This document shows, one piece after another, positions 48,303-59,301 of a DNA stretch of 64,000 bases. This DNA is from Verrucomicrobiota bacterium (GTDB lineage: Bacteria > Verrucomicrobiota > Verrucomicrobiia > Limisphaerales > Palsa-1400). The stretch spans positions 64,001 through 128,000 of the forward strand of contig JBEKYR010000001.1 of NCBI GenBank assembly GCA_049510745.1, written 5' to 3'. The translations under genes were made by a program, and so were the position numbers. The stretch's first letter is position 1; the number at the start of each line of letters is the position of its first letter. The notes beneath the pieces are model-generated. The model was not told where the DNA came from. It made no database searches and worked only from the letters and a program-made list of their open reading frames with translations.

Positions 48303-49784
48303 TCAGGGCAGGTTGGTGGCGCCCATGAGAAAGAGGTCGCACTCGCGGGCGGCGCCGCGGCCTTCGTTGAAGGCCCAGACCACCAGGCTCTGGCCGCGCC
48401 GGGCGTCGCCGGCGGCGAAAACTCCCCGAAGATTGGTGCTGTACTTCCCGTATTCGGCCTTGACGTTGGTGCGAGCGTCGCGCTCGACGCCGAGTTGCTC
48501 GAGCAAGGACTGTTCGGGGCCCAGAAAACCCATGGCCAGAAGCACCAGTTGGGCGGCCCGCACCTGCTCGGTGCCGGGGACTTCGGAGGCCACGAACTGG
48601 CCCTTGTCGTTGCGCTTCCACTCGATCTGAACGGTGTGAACTTCCTTGACGTGCCCGGCGTCGTCGCCGGCGAATTTTTTGGCGGTGGTCAGATAGGCGC
48701 GCGGATCGGCGCCGAATTTGGCGGCGGCCTCCTCCTGGCCGTAGTCAAGACGATAGACCTTCGGCCACTCCGGCCAGGGATTGTCCTGGGCGCGGTTCTG
48801 GGGCGGGCGCGGGAGGATTTCCAGTTGCACCAGGCTCTTGCAGTTGTGCCGCAGGGCCGTCCCGACGCAGTCGGTGCCGGTGTCGCCGCCGCCGATGACG
48901 ACGACGTCCTTGCCCCCGGCGGAAATGAAGGCGCCATTTTTAGAGTCGTCGAGCAGGCTTTTGGCATTGGCGTGAAGGAATTCCATGGCGAAATGAACGC
49001 CTTTGAGATTGCGGCCTTCGACGGGCAGATCGCGCGGCCTGGTCGCGCCGGTGCAAAGGACGACGGCGTCGAACTCGCGCAAGAGATTGGCGGCGGGATA
49101 ATTGTTCCCGACCTCGGTGTTGGCGACGAAGGAAACGCCTTCCTCGGCCAGCAATTCGACGCGGCGCTGAACCAGCGTTTTATCCAGCTTCATGTTCGGG
49201 ATGCCGTAGATGAGCAAGCCGCCAATGCGGTCGGCGCGCTCGAAGACGGTGACCTGATGGCCGGCGTGATTGAGTTGGGCGGCGGCGCACAGGCCGGCCG
49301 GGCCGGAGCCGACGACCGCCACTTTTTTGCCGGTGCGCACCTGGGGCGGTTGGGGCTTGATCCAGCCTTCGTCCCAGCCGCGATCGGCGATGGCGCACTC
49401 AATGTTCTTGATCGTGACGGGCGGCGAAGTGATGCCCAGGACGCAAGAGCCTTCGCACGGGGCGGGGCAGACGCGGCCGGTGAAGTCGGGGAAATTATTG
49501 GTTTTATGGAGGCGCTCCAGGGCTTCGTGCCAGAGGCCGCGGTAAATCAGGTCGTTCCATTCGGGGATGAGGTTGTTGATGGGGCAACCGGAGGCCATGC
49601 CGTTGAGCAACGTGCCGGTGTGGCAAAAGGGGATGCCGCAATCCATGCAACGGGCGCCTTGCTCGCGCAACTTCTTTTCATCCAAATGAAGATGAAATTC
49701 GTTCCAGTCGCGAATGCGTTCCAGGGCCGGCCGGTCCAGCGGCAACTCGCGCAAATACTCTATGAATCCTCTGGGCTTGCCCAT
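48303..49784 (-). CDS. gltD: Glutamate synthase small subunit
   Basis: [47 protein letters not shown]. Confidence 0.97.
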   Translation of the reverse strand: MGKPRGFIEYLRELPLDRPALERIRDWNEFHLHLDEKKLREQGARCMDCGIPFCHTGTLLNGMASGCPINNLIPEWNDLIYRGLWHEALERLHKTNNFPDFTGRVCPAPCEGSCVLGITSPPVTIKNIECAIADRGWDEGWIKPQPPQVRTGKKVAVVGSGPAGLCAAAQLNHAGHQVTVFERADRIGGLLIYGIPNMKLDKTLVQRRVELLAEEGVSFVANTEVGNNYPAANLLREFDAVVLCTGATRPRDLPVEGRNLKGVHFAMEFLHANAKSLLDDSKNGAFISAGGKDVVVIGGGDTGTDCVGTALRHNCKSLVQLEILPRPPQNRAQDNPWPEWPKVYRLDYGQEEAAAKFGADPRAYLTTAKKFAGDDAGHVKEVHTVQIEWKRNDKGQFVASEVPGTEQVRAAQLVLLAMGFLGPEQSLLEQLGVERDARTNVKAEYGKYSTNLRGVFAAGDARRGQSLVVWAFNEGRGAARECDLFLMGATNLP

Positions 49785-49816
49785 TTAGGTTCGGGTTTTG
49801 TTCGTTTTGACCATCA

Positions 49817-52800
49817 TTAACCTCCGCCGACGCGGGCGGCGTCCTTGGCGTTCTCCTCGAACGCGGCCATGATGGCGTCTTCGCCGCTCAAGCCGGCCTG
49901 GGTGACGCGGCTGAGGGACTGGAGGACGCGCTTGTAATCTTTGGGCATGACTTTGACGAATTTCGGCGTCATTTCCGCCCAAAGCGCCAGCACCTTGAAG
50001 GCGCGGTGGCTGCGGGTGTAGCCGGCGTGGCGCTGAATCATCTGGCGGATTTCCTCGATTTCCGCCGGGTCTTCCAGGCGTTCCAGATGCACCATCTGCG
50101 GGTTGCAGCGCCGGCTGAAATCCCCCGCCTCGTCCAGCACATAGGCGACGCCGCCCGACATGCCGGCGGCGAAATTGCGCCCGGTTTGGCTCAGCACCAC
50201 GACGCGCCCGCCGGTCATGTATTCGCAGCCATGATCGCCGACGGATTCCACCACGGCGGAAACGCCGCTGTTGCGCACGCAGAACCGCTCGCCCGCCATG
50301 CCGCGAATGTAGGCCTCGCCGGCGGTCGCGCCGTAAAGGGCGACGTTGCCGGTGATGATGTTTTCCTCCGCCACAAAGGTGGACCCTTCGGGAGGGTAAA
50401 GTATAATTTTGCCGCCGGAAAGGCCCTTGCCCAGGTAGTCGTTGGCATCGCCTTCCAGCACCCAGGTCACGCCGCGCGGCATGAAGGCGCCGAAACTCTG
50501 CCCCGCCGATCCGCGGAAATGGATTTTGATCGTGTCCTCCGGCAGGCCGGCGGCGCCGTAGCGGCGGGTGATTTCGCTGCCGAGAATGGTGCCGACGACC
50601 CGGTTGACATTTTTGATTTCGAGGTCGGCGACAACCTTTTCCTTCCGCTCCAGCGCCGGCTGGCACAACTTGAGCAGCACGGTGTTGTCCAGCGCCTTGT
50701 CCAGGCCGTGGTCCTGCGGAATCTGGCAATAACGGCCAACCTCCTCGGAAACTTTGGGTTGATAGAGGATGTTGGTGAAGTCCAGGCCCCGGGCCTTCCA
50801 ATGGTCGATGGCTTCGCGCGGTTCGAGCAGGTCGGTGCGGCCGATCATTTCGTTGATGGTGCGGCAGCCCAGTTGGGCCATGAGTTCCCGCACTTCCTGG
50901 GCGACAAACCGCATGAAGTTGACGGCGTGAGCCGGGTCGCCGGTGAAATTCCTGCGCAAGGCCGGGTCCTGCGTGGCGACGCCGACGGGACAGGTGTTGA
51001 GGTGGCAGACGCGCATCATGACGCAGCCCAACGCCACCAGCGGGGCGGTGGCAAAACCAAATTCTTCGGCTCCCAAAAGGGCGGCCACAACCACATCGCG
51101 CCCGGTCTTGAGCTGGCCGTCGGTTTCCACGGCAATGCGGCTGCGGAGATTGTTGAGGACCAGGGTTTGGTGGGTTTCGGCCAGGCCCAGTTCCCAGGGG
51201 ATGCCGGCGTGTTTGATACTCGTTTGGGGCGAAGCGCCGGTGCCGCCATCGTGTCCGCTGATGAGCACCACGTCGGCGTGGGCTTTGGCCACGCCAGCGG
51301 CGATGGTGCCGACGCCGACTTCGGCCACCAGTTTGACGCTGATGCGGGCGCGATGATTGGCGTTTTTCAGGTCGTGAATCAACTCCGCCAGGTCTTCAAT
51401 GGAATAAATGTCATGATGGGGCGGTGGTGAAATCAGGCCGACGCCGGGCGTGGCAAAGCGGACTTTGGCGATCCAGGGAAACACTTTGCCGCCGGGCAAC
51501 TGGCCGCCTTCGCCCGGCTTGGCGCCTTGGGCCATTTTGATTTGCAGTTCCCGGGCATTGACAAGATACAAACTGGTGACGCCGAAGCGGGCGGAAGCGA
51601 CCTGTTTGATGGCGCTGTTCTTGGAATCGCCGTTGGCTTCGGGCACGAAGCGGGCGGGGTCTTCGCCCCCCTCGCCGGTGTTGCTTTTTCCGCCGATGCG
51701 GTTCATGGCCACCGCCAGGGTCTCGTGGGTTTCCTTGCTGATGGAGCCGTAGGACATGGCGCCGGATTTGAACCGTTTGAAAATGGCTTCCAGAGGCTCG
51801 ACTTCTTCGATGGGGATCGATTGGGCGGCGGTCTTGAGTTCGAGCAGGCCGCGGAGGGTGCAGGCTTTCTTGGATTGGTCGTTGACGGCCCGCGAGTATT
51901 CCTTAAAGGCCTTGTAATCGGCATTGCGGCAGGCTTGTTGGAGCTGATGCACCGTTTGCGGATTGAACAAATGATACTCGCCGTCCGCGCGCCATTGGTA
52001 ATTGCCGCCCACTTCCAAAACGTGCCCGTTGATCTGGCGGCTGGGAAAAGCGGCCTGATGGCGCATTTGCACCTCGCGCGCCAACACCTCCAGCCCGACC
52101 CCGCCCACCCGCGAGGCCGTGCCGGTAAAGTATTTTTCCACCACCGACGGGTGCAACCCGATGGCCTCGAAAATCTGCGCGCCGCGATAGCTTTGGATGG
52201 TCGAGATGCCCATCTTGGAAATGACCTTGACCACGCCTTTGACGGCGGCCTTGACGAAATTCTTGCAGGCGTCCTTGTGCGACAAGCCGGTCAGCAACCC
52301 CTGCCGGATCAGGTCGTCCACCGTCTCGAAAGCGACGTAGGGGTTGATCGCGCCCGCCCCGTAACCGATGAGCAGGGAGAAGTGATGGACTTCGCGCGGT
52401 TCACCCGATTCCAGGACCAAACCGACCCGAGTGCGCGTGCCTTCGCGAATGAGATGGTGATGCAGGCCCGCCACCGCCAGCAGGGCGGGGATGGCAGCCA
52501 TCTGCTGGTCCACGCCGCGGTCGGACAAAATCAGGATATTGGCGCCGGCCTCGACCGCGCTGGAGGCGCGGGCGCAAAGGTCGTCCATCGCTTTGACCAG
52601 GCCGGCCTCGCCGTCGCTGACCTTGAAGAGAATGGGAAGGGTGACCGATTTGAAGCCGGCTTGATTAATGAATTTGAGCTTGGCGAACTCCTCATTGGTC
52701 AGAATGGGGGAATTCAATTCGATGAGATTGCAACTGGACGGCTTGGGTTTGAGCAAATTGCGCTCCGACCCGATGGTGGTCGCGACGGAGGTAACCAATT

Positions 52801-54439
52801 CCTCGCGGATGCAGTCGATGGGCGGATTAGTGACCTGGGCAAAAAGCTGCTGGAAATAGTTGTAGAGCAGTTGCGGTTTGCCGGACAACACCGCCAGCGG
52901 CGTGTCGCAGCCCATCGAGCCGACCGCCTCGACGCCATCGCGCGCCATGGGGATCATGACGATGCGCAAATCCTCGAAGGTGTAACCAAAGGCCTGCTGG
53001 CGCTGCAAGACGCTGTAGTGGGAGGGTTCGGGCGCGTGCTCGGATGGGACGACGTACTGCAAATTCAACAACTGGGTGTTGAGCCAGTGCCGGTAGGGTT
53101 GCTCGGTGGCGATCTTCAATTTGATCTCGTCGTCCGCCACGATGCGCCCTTCCTCAGTATCCACCAGAAACATGCGTCCGGGTTGGAGGCGGCCCTTGAG
53201 CAGGACCCGGTCCGGCGGCACGTCCAGCACGCCGACTTCCGAGGCCATGATGACCAAATCATCCTTGGTCACGTAATAGCGGGAGGGGCGCAGGCCGTTG
53301 CGATCGAGGACCGCGCCGATTTTTCTCCCGTCGGTGAACGCGATGGAGGCCGGGCCGTCCCACGGTTCCATGAGGCAACTGTGATACTGGTAGAAGGCCT
53401 TTTTCTCGTCGCTCATGGTGGCGTGATTGGCCCACGGTTCGGGAATCATCATCATGATGGCGTGCGGGAGGGAGCGGCCGGCCAGGACGAGCAATTCGAG
53501 GCAATTGTCAAACATAGCCGAATCGCTGCCGTCGGTGTTGATGACCGGCAGCACCTTCTTGAGGTCCTCGCCGAAGAGTTCGTTCCGGAACATGGCCTGG
53601 CGGGCGTGCATCCAGTTGATGTTTCCCCGCAAGGTGTTGATCTCGCCGTTGTGGGCGATGAAGCGGTACGGATGCGCCCGGTCCCAACTGGGAAAGGTAT
53701 TGGTGCTGAAGCGCGAATGCACCAGGGCCAGCGCGCTCTCCATCGCCGGATCTTTCAGGTCGGGAAAAAACTCGTCCATCTGCTCGGTCAGGAGCATGCC
53801 TTTATAGAGCAGCGTGCGGGAGGAGAGGCTGGAGATGTAAAACCAATGGCCGCCTTTGATGCCGCTGTAACGGATGGCGCGCTCGGCGCGCTTGCGAATG
53901 ACGTAGAGCTTGCGCTCGAACGCCATGTCGTCCTCCAGCCTGGGGTCGCGGCGGATGAAGGCCTGCTGCACGCACGGTTCGCTGGCCCGGGCCGTCGCGC
54001 CCAGCGAGGCGTTGTTGGTTGGAACCGTCCGCCAGCCCAGAAACCTCTGCCCCTCCTCGACGACGATGTTCTCGAAGAGTGTTTCGCAGGTGCGCCGCTC
54101 ATTGGGATCGCGCGGCAGAAACACCATGGCCACGCCGTATCCGCCCAGCGGCGGCAGCTTGATTTTGTCCTTGGGGGAGACTTCCTTGAAAAAACCGTGC
54201 GGCATTTGCAGGAGGATGCCCGCACCGTCGCCGGTGTTGGCTTCGCAGCCGCAGGCGCCGCGATGGTTGAGATTGACCAGGACCGTCAGGGCGTCACGAA
54301 TGATCTTGTGGGATTTTTTCCCTTTGATGTTCACCACGAAACCGACGCCGCAGGCATCGTGCTCGAACCGCGGGTCGTACAATCCCTGTTTTGGCGGCGG
54401 CCCGATCCGGGCTTTTCGGATTGCTGGCTCCTGTCTCAT
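49817..54439 (-). CDS. gltB: Glutamate synthase large subunit
   Basis: DACGVGF Ntn cysteine, [37 protein letters not shown]. Confidence 0.98.
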   Translation of the reverse strand: MRQEPAIRKARIGPPPKQGLYDPRFEHDACGVGFVVNIKGKKSHKIIRDALTVLVNLNHRGACGCEANTGDGAGILLQMPHGFFKEVSPKDKIKLPPLGGYGVAMVFLPRDPNERRTCETLFENIVVEEGQRFLGWRTVPTNNASLGATARASEPCVQQAFIRRDPRLEDDMAFERKLYVIRKRAERAIRYSGIKGGHWFYISSLSSRTLLYKGMLLTEQMDEFFPDLKDPAMESALALVHSRFSTNTFPSWDRAHPYRFIAHNGEINTLRGNINWMHARQAMFRNELFGEDLKKVLPVINTDGSDSAMFDNCLELLVLAGRSLPHAIMMMIPEPWANHATMSDEKKAFYQYHSCLMEPWDGPASIAFTDGRKIGAVLDRNGLRPSRYYVTKDDLVIMASEVGVLDVPPDRVLLKGRLQPGRMFLVDTEEGRIVADDEIKLKIATEQPYRHWLNTQLLNLQYVVPSEHAPEPSHYSVLQRQQAFGYTFEDLRIVMIPMARDGVEAVGSMGCDTPLAVLSGKPQLLYNYFQQLFAQVTNPPIDCIREELVTSVATTIGSERNLLKPKPSSCNLIELNSPILTNEEFAKLKFINQAGFKSVTLPILFKVSDGEAGLVKAMDDLCARASSAVEAGANILILSDRGVDQQMAAIPALLAVAGLHHHLIREGTRTRVGLVLESGEPREVHHFSLLIGYGAGAINPYVAFETVDDLIRQGLLTGLSHKDACKNFVKAAVKGVVKVISKMGISTIQSYRGAQIFEAIGLHPSVVEKYFTGTASRVGGVGLEVLAREVQMRHQAAFPSRQINGHVLEVGGNYQWRADGEYHLFNPQTVHQLQQACRNADYKAFKEYSRAVNDQSKKACTLRGLLELKTAAQSIPIEEVEPLEAIFKRFKSGAMSYGSISKETHETLAVAMNRIGGKSNTGEGGEDPARFVPEANGDSKNSAIKQVASARFGVTSLYLVNARELQIKMAQGAKPGEGGQLPGGKVFPWIAKVRFATPGVGLISPPPHHDIYSIEDLAELIHDLKNANHRARISVKLVAEVGVGTIAAGVAKAHADVVLISGHDGGTGASPQTSIKHAGIPWELGLAETHQTLVLNNLRSRIAVETDGQLKTGRDVVVAALLGAEEFGFATAPLVALGCVMMRVCHLNTCPVGVATQDPALRRNFTGDPAHAVNFMRFVAQEVRELMAQLGCRTINEMIGRTDLLEPREAIDHWKARGLDFTNILYQPKVSEEVGRYCQIPQDHGLDKALDNTVLLKLCQPALERKEKVVADLEIKNVNRVVGTILGSEITRRYGAAGLPEDTIKIHFRGSAGQSFGAFMPRGVTWVLEGDANDYLGKGLSGGKIILYPPEGSTFVAEENIITGNVALYGATAGEAYIRGMAGERFCVRNSGVSAVVESVGDHGCEYMTGGRVVVLSQTGRNFAAGMSGGVAYVLDEAGDFSRRCNPQMVHLERLEDPAEIEEIRQMIQRHAGYTRSHRAFKVLALWAEMTPKFVKVMPKDYKRVLQSLSRVTQAGLSGEDAIMAAFEENAKDAARVGGG

Positions 54440-54674
54440 TTTGCTCGACGATATGTTTTCTATAAAATTTCGCTATTTTTTACTAAAACGCCACCTCAGC
54501 GCAATAGCCGAGTGCAAAAAAGTTTTTGCGTCTGCGGATCGGGACCGGAAGCTGACGGTTCAACCAGGCGGCGCGGGCGAGGACGACCGCTACCCAGCTT
54601 GTCCGGGAGATTTAAATGCACCCTTCCTTTCCGCTCTGCTCCGGAGCTTGCCCGGAACGGGCCGCCAACCTCGC

Positions 54675-56642
54675 CTATTTCTTCAAATCGTCGAAATAAT
54701 CGCGCACGACTCCCTGGTAGGCGCGGGGCACCTGGTCCTGATTCAGGGCGCTTTGGGCGTCGCGCTGCGCGGTCTGGACGGCTTCGGTGTAACTGACCGC
54801 GCTCTGCCCTTTGATGCTGACCCCTTTCAAGGTGATGCTCGGCATCGGCGCGCCCGGCGTGATTTGGCCGTGCAGCTTTGTCGGGGCCAGGTTGTCGGCC
54901 AATTGCGGGTCGCCGCGGTCGGTCAAGCCGCGCGGATCGCGGTCCGGACGATCAATGCCGGAGTTGTCCCATAAGCCGCTCATCTTCGGATACAATTGGG
55001 AATCGTCATCCGTCCAGGTGCCGACGCCGCGTCCGCCCGGGCCTTTGCCCAGTCCCAGGCAATGCCCCGCCGCCAGACAGCGTCCGGTGCAATCGCCGCA
55101 GGTCGGGCACTCGCCCCAGCAACGGTGGGTGGCCAGGGAGATCTCCGCCTTGTTCAAGGCATCGAGCGACCCTTGCAAGGCCTTGGCATCGGCCATTTGC
55201 GCCTGGATTTTCTCCAGTTCTTTGGCCGCCGCCGCCAGCGACCCGGCCGAAGCGGGATTGTCCCCATTGCGCAATTGCTGGGCTGCCTGGTGGAGATAAT
55301 GCGAGGCGTCGCCGTAAGGAACGGCCGGCTGGACGGCGCGGGACACTTCGTCGAGGATTTTGGCCGCCTGCGCCGCTGACATTTTGGCGGAGCGCACTTG
55401 GTCAATCATTTTTTCAAGCGATTGGCGGGCCAGGTCCACCTGGCCAAACTTGAGCTGCTCCGGCAGGTCTTTTCCTTCCCGGTCCGCCTGCTGCTGCAGG
55501 CGCTGCAATTCCCTGGACATCTTCTGCAATTTTTCCAGGTCGGTGGTGGCCAGGTCCATGTCCTTCTGGAAATTCTCCGTTTGATTGGCTTGCAGGGCGG
55601 CGATGGCCTCGTCCAGGTTCGGCAGGGGCTGGCCCAATTCGCGGGCCTTCTCGGCCAGATCGGAGAGGCTTTGGGCCAGTTTCTGGCGTTGGGCGGCGGC
55701 TTGGGGCGAATTGTCCTTGGGAATTCCCGCGGCCGCCTTCTCCAGCTTCTGCATCTGCTCGGCCAACTTGTCGAGCGCGGCGGGGTCCTGGCCCGCCTTG
55801 CCCTGGGATTTTTGCCGGTCGTCCATTTGTTTTTGCGAGGCGGCGCCATTGGCGGGATTGGAAAGCTGTTCGCGGGCGGCGCGTTCCATGTCCTTGAATT
55901 CCGGGTTGTTTTTTCCCAACTCTTGCAGTTGGGCCTTGAGTTTTTCGGCCACGTTGGAGAGGTCCTTGAGCGCGTCATTGCGCGTCATGGCGACTTTGTC
56001 CAGGCGCAACCCCGTCTGTTCAGCGGTTTCCAGCGCCTTGCGGGTCGTTTCCAACGCGGGCGGACGCTGTTGGAGGGCGCGACGGGTGATTTGGACGATT
56101 CGTTTGCCGGCCTCCCGGATGGCTTGGGCGTCCTGCTTTTTGTCCAGGAATTCCTTGGTGCGATATTCGGGGACAAACCCCAATCCCGCCGCCAGCCCCA
56201 GGGCGACCAACGCCCAGCGGCTGATCGGCGGCAAACGCCAGGGAAAAATCTGGCGCGGGTCCAACTTGGCGGCAAAGCGGGCCGCGTCGGAGAGCAGCAA
56301 AGAGCGCCAACCGGTGTCCGGGCCGCTGGCGCCAATTTCCCATGCCGTGCTGATTCGCTCCTGCAGATGCTGCCGCTGGTCCAGGCAGCGGGCCGTCTGC
56401 TGCAAGGTCGGCCGGCGCATCCAGCCGGAGAGGAAGCCGCCCAGGAGACAAAGGCCGGCCAAAATGCCGGCGGCGCTGAGAATAAAGGACGGAATGGGGG
56501 CCAGTTTAAAAGTGGCAAGCGCCACCAGCCAGATGGAAGCCCCGGCAAACAGCCCCCGCCAGAGGCCGTTCCAGGCCCGTTCCCAGCGCCGGCGTCGCGC
56601 CGCGCGCCACAGAACCGATTGAATGGCTTCCAGATCGCTCAT
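54675..56642 (-). CDS. Membrane-anchored coiled-coil hypothetical protein (DUF4175-like layout)
   Basis: Three N-terminal TM segments, L.ERISTA.E, long Q/K/E-rich coiled coil, C-terminal VP..Y...VRDYF. Confidence 0.75.
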   Translation of the reverse strand: MSDLEAIQSVLWRAARRRRWERAWNGLWRGLFAGASIWLVALATFKLAPIPSFILSAAGILAGLCLLGGFLSGWMRRPTLQQTARCLDQRQHLQERISTAWEIGASGPDTGWRSLLLSDAARFAAKLDPRQIFPWRLPPISRWALVALGLAAGLGFVPEYRTKEFLDKKQDAQAIREAGKRIVQITRRALQQRPPALETTRKALETAEQTGLRLDKVAMTRNDALKDLSNVAEKLKAQLQELGKNNPEFKDMERAAREQLSNPANGAASQKQMDDRQKSQGKAGQDPAALDKLAEQMQKLEKAAAGIPKDNSPQAAAQRQKLAQSLSDLAEKARELGQPLPNLDEAIAALQANQTENFQKDMDLATTDLEKLQKMSRELQRLQQQADREGKDLPEQLKFGQVDLARQSLEKMIDQVRSAKMSAAQAAKILDEVSRAVQPAVPYGDASHYLHQAAQQLRNGDNPASAGSLAAAAKELEKIQAQMADAKALQGSLDALNKAEISLATHRCWGECPTCGDCTGRCLAAGHCLGLGKGPGGRGVGTWTDDDSQLYPKMSGLWDNSGIDRPDRDPRGLTDRGDPQLADNLAPTKLHGQITPGAPMPSITLKGVSIKGQSAVSYTEAVQTAQRDAQSALNQDQVPRAYQGVVRDYFDDLKK

Positions 56643-56766
56643 TCCGCCGGCCAGTGTGCCACAAACCAGCGGCATTGGCCAGCCAAATCCGGCTCAGGGG
56701 GTTTAAATTAAACAGTGTTTAAATTACACAATTGACAACCGCAAATCTTGGATAATCGTAAAGCGC

Positions 56767-58044
56767 ATGACCGGGACGAAAACTCTGACAATAACAACGG
56801 CCCTGGCCGGAATGCTGGCGGGCCGCGTCGGGGCAGTCGATTGGCCCCAGTACCGCGGCCCCAATCATGACGGAACCTCGCCCGAAACGATTCTCACCAC
56901 CTGGCCGAGCGGCGGCTTGCGCCCAATTTGGAAGCATCCGCTGCACAACGGCTTCAGCGCGATCACCGTCGGAGGGGGCAAGGCCTTTACCTTGGTGACG
57001 CGGGAAGTGGAAGGGGCGGACCAGGAGGTCTGCGTGGCCTTGGACGCCAATACGGGCAATGAACTTTGGGCCGTGCCCCTGGGCGCGGCCGTGTATGACG
57101 AGGGTGGAAATCGCGGGGCGGAGGACAACAACGGCGGCGACGGGCCGCGCTCGACGCCGGCATTCGACAGCGGGAAGGTCTATACGTATTCGTCGAAGAT
57201 GGTGTTAAAATGCCTGGACGCCGCCAGCGGGCGGCAGATTTGGGCTTGCGATCTGATCCGGGAACACGACGGGCGCAACATCCATTGGGAGAGCGCCGCC
57301 TCGCCGGTGGTGGAGGGGGAGTTGGTGTTAGTCGCCGGCGGCGGGCGGGGCCAGGCGCTGCTGGCCTTTGACAAGAATGACGGCCATGTCGTCTGGAAGG
57401 GCCAGGATGACGCCATGACGCAATCGACGCCCGTGGTGGCCACCATCCTGGACCAGCGGCAGGTCATTTTCTTTACGCAAAAGGGATTGGTGTCGGTTGT
57501 GCCGACGACGGGCGCCGTGCTGTGGCGGTATCCTTATTCGTTCCGGGTTGCAACGGCCATGACGCCGGTGGTGTCCGGCGACATTGTTTATTGCTCGGCC
57601 GCCTATGGGGTGGGGTCGAGCGCGTGCCAGATCAGCAAAACGGCCAACGGCTTCGAAGCCAGGCGGCTGTGGTTCCAGCCAGCCAACGTGTTGCAGAGCC
57701 ATTGGAGCACGCCCGTGTGCAGCCAGGGTTATCTTTTCGGGATCAGCGGGCAGGCGAAATTTGGGGCGGCGCCGCTGGTTTGTGTGGAACTGGCAACCGG
57801 AAAGAGCATGTGGTCGCACGAGGGCTTTGGGCCGGGCGGTTGCACGCTGGTGGACGGACACGTGCTGGTGCTGAGCGACGCCGGGGATTTGGTGCTGGTG
57901 AAGGCGACACCCGCGGGTTACCAGGAGGCGGGGCGAAGCCACGTGCTGGCCGGCAAGTGCTGGAACAGCGCCGGGGTAAGCGGCGGGCGCATTTACGCGC
58001 GCAGCACCAAAGAAGGCGTCAGCGTGGACGTTTCGGTTCGATAA
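56767..58044 (+). CDS. Secreted PQQ-binding-like beta-propeller protein
   Basis: DWPQYRGP, GPRSTP, repeated LD..[TS]G...W units. Confidence 0.9.
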   Translation: MTGTKTLTITTALAGMLAGRVGAVDWPQYRGPNHDGTSPETILTTWPSGGLRPIWKHPLHNGFSAITVGGGKAFTLVTREVEGADQEVCVALDANTGNELWAVPLGAAVYDEGGNRGAEDNNGGDGPRSTPAFDSGKVYTYSSKMVLKCLDAASGRQIWACDLIREHDGRNIHWESAASPVVEGELVLVAGGGRGQALLAFDKNDGHVVWKGQDDAMTQSTPVVATILDQRQVIFFTQKGLVSVVPTTGAVLWRYPYSFRVATAMTPVVSGDIVYCSAAYGVGSSACQISKTANGFEARRLWFQPANVLQSHWSTPVCSQGYLFGISGQAKFGAAPLVCVELATGKSMWSHEGFGPGGCTLVDGHVLVLSDAGDLVLVKATPAGYQEAGRSHVLAGKCWNSAGVSGGRIYARSTKEGVSVDVSVR

Positions 58045-58152
58045 CCTGGAGCCGGGAATTATCGCATTGGACTTGCGAATGGCACGGAAGTTGCGGGGGA
58101 ATGAGGTGGACATTCGACCTTGCATTTGGTAGAAAACCGAACCTATTGATTC

Positions 58153-59280
58153 ATGCGCTTGTTGATCGTGAAATTAAGTGTGGTGGCCGCCCTGTTGACA
58201 GGGCCCTTGGTGGCGCGGTGCGGCGCGCAGGTGACCCTGGTGTGGAACCCGTCGCCCAATCCCAGCGTCGCGGGTTATAATCTTTGCTGGGGCACCAACA
58301 GCGGCGCTTATGTCTTCACCAACACTTACCCCAATACCGAGACAAATGCCACGCTGACAGATTTTCTGCCCAACCAGGCCTATTATTTTGCGGTGGCGGC
58401 ATTTTCGAGCAATGGAGTCGTCAGCCCGTTTTCCAACGAGACGAGCTTTACCAACGGTCCCCCTTCCACAAATTCCCTGGCGTCCACCAATGGCCCGCCA
58501 GCGCCTCCTGGAGGGGGCACACCGGGTTTGCCCGGCACCAACAGCCCCGGACAGGTCAACAATGGCGGCGGCGGCGGTGGCAATTCTTCGCAGGGCAGTT
58601 CCTCCAATTCGGCGGCCAATTTCTGGGGCGTCCCGCCCTTCCTGACGCTGACGTTGTCCAATGGGCTGCCGAATTTGAACATTGGGGGGACGGTAGGGGC
58701 CACGCTGATGATCCAAGCCACGACCAATATCTTTTCCCTCGATAGCTGGGAAACGGTGACCAATGTGGCCCTGACCAACATCGCCCCGATAGCGCAGACC
58801 AATCAGTCGGGCCAGGCGCAGGACGCCCTGGACCTGGCCTTCGTCCCCAGCGCGCAATCCCTTCCGATCACCCCGAGCAATTCGACTCCCTTTCAGTTCT
58901 TCCGCGCCGTCATGCCCTACGATTATGTGATCCTGGCCAGCATGGTGTTGCCGGGCAAGGGCTACACGCCGCGGCTGATTGTGGTCAACATGCCCGGCAT
59001 CGTGTGCGACGACGCTTGCTACGTCAACGAATCGAGCAGCTTCATTCATTACAGCCAGACCAACAGCGCCCTGCAGCTCGAGGGGTCCGGTTCGACGATT
59101 CGGCAGATTGCCACCACCCTGGCCAATTCGCTCACTTTGGACTGGACATCCGCTTCGGAGTTCACTTATTCTAACGGCTTGGGCCAAATACTGGCCACTG
59201 TCGTTGAAACAGAACCGTCATCTTCCGATCCAGTCGCTGGGCAGAACCCGCCCAGCCAGCCGATGGTCATTGACTTTTAG
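58153..59280 (+). CDS. Secreted fibronectin type III domain protein
   Basis: VTLVWNPS....AGY....G..SG.Y, YYFAVAA....S.FSNE; Gly/Pro/Asn linker; internal ...FQFFRAV domain. Confidence 0.82.
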   Translation: MRLLIVKLSVVAALLTGPLVARCGAQVTLVWNPSPNPSVAGYNLCWGTNSGAYVFTNTYPNTETNATLTDFLPNQAYYFAVAAFSSNGVVSPFSNETSFTNGPPSTNSLASTNGPPAPPGGGTPGLPGTNSPGQVNNGGGGGGNSSQGSSSNSAANFWGVPPFLTLTLSNGLPNLNIGGTVGATLMIQATTNIFSLDSWETVTNVALTNIAPIAQTNQSGQAQDALDLAFVPSAQSLPITPSNSTPFQFFRAVMPYDYVILASMVLPGKGYTPRLIVVNMPGIVCDDACYVNESSSFIHYSQTNSALQLEGSGSTIRQIATTLANSLTLDWTSASEFTYSNGLGQILATVVETEPSSSDPVAGQNPPSQPMVIDF

Positions 59281-59301
59281 CCCTCAATCATTCCACGCGC
59301 C

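Noticed and set aside
46713..48621. N-terminal extensions of GH20 (to 46997) and DacB (to 48621), also PabC (from 40282) and GH43 (from 20385)
   Set aside because: They overlap upstream genes; downstream ATGs give proper signal peptides or family N-termini.
51527..54796. 1089-aa plus-strand ORF (likewise 7376-9181, 9980-11674, 48495-49820, 50006-51430)
   Set aside because: Antisense to gltB, prfC, the kinase and gltD; shadow ORFs with no recognisable domains.
56732..56756. TTGACA...GATAAT promoter for the PQQ-propeller gene
   Set aside because: The spacer is only 13 nt.
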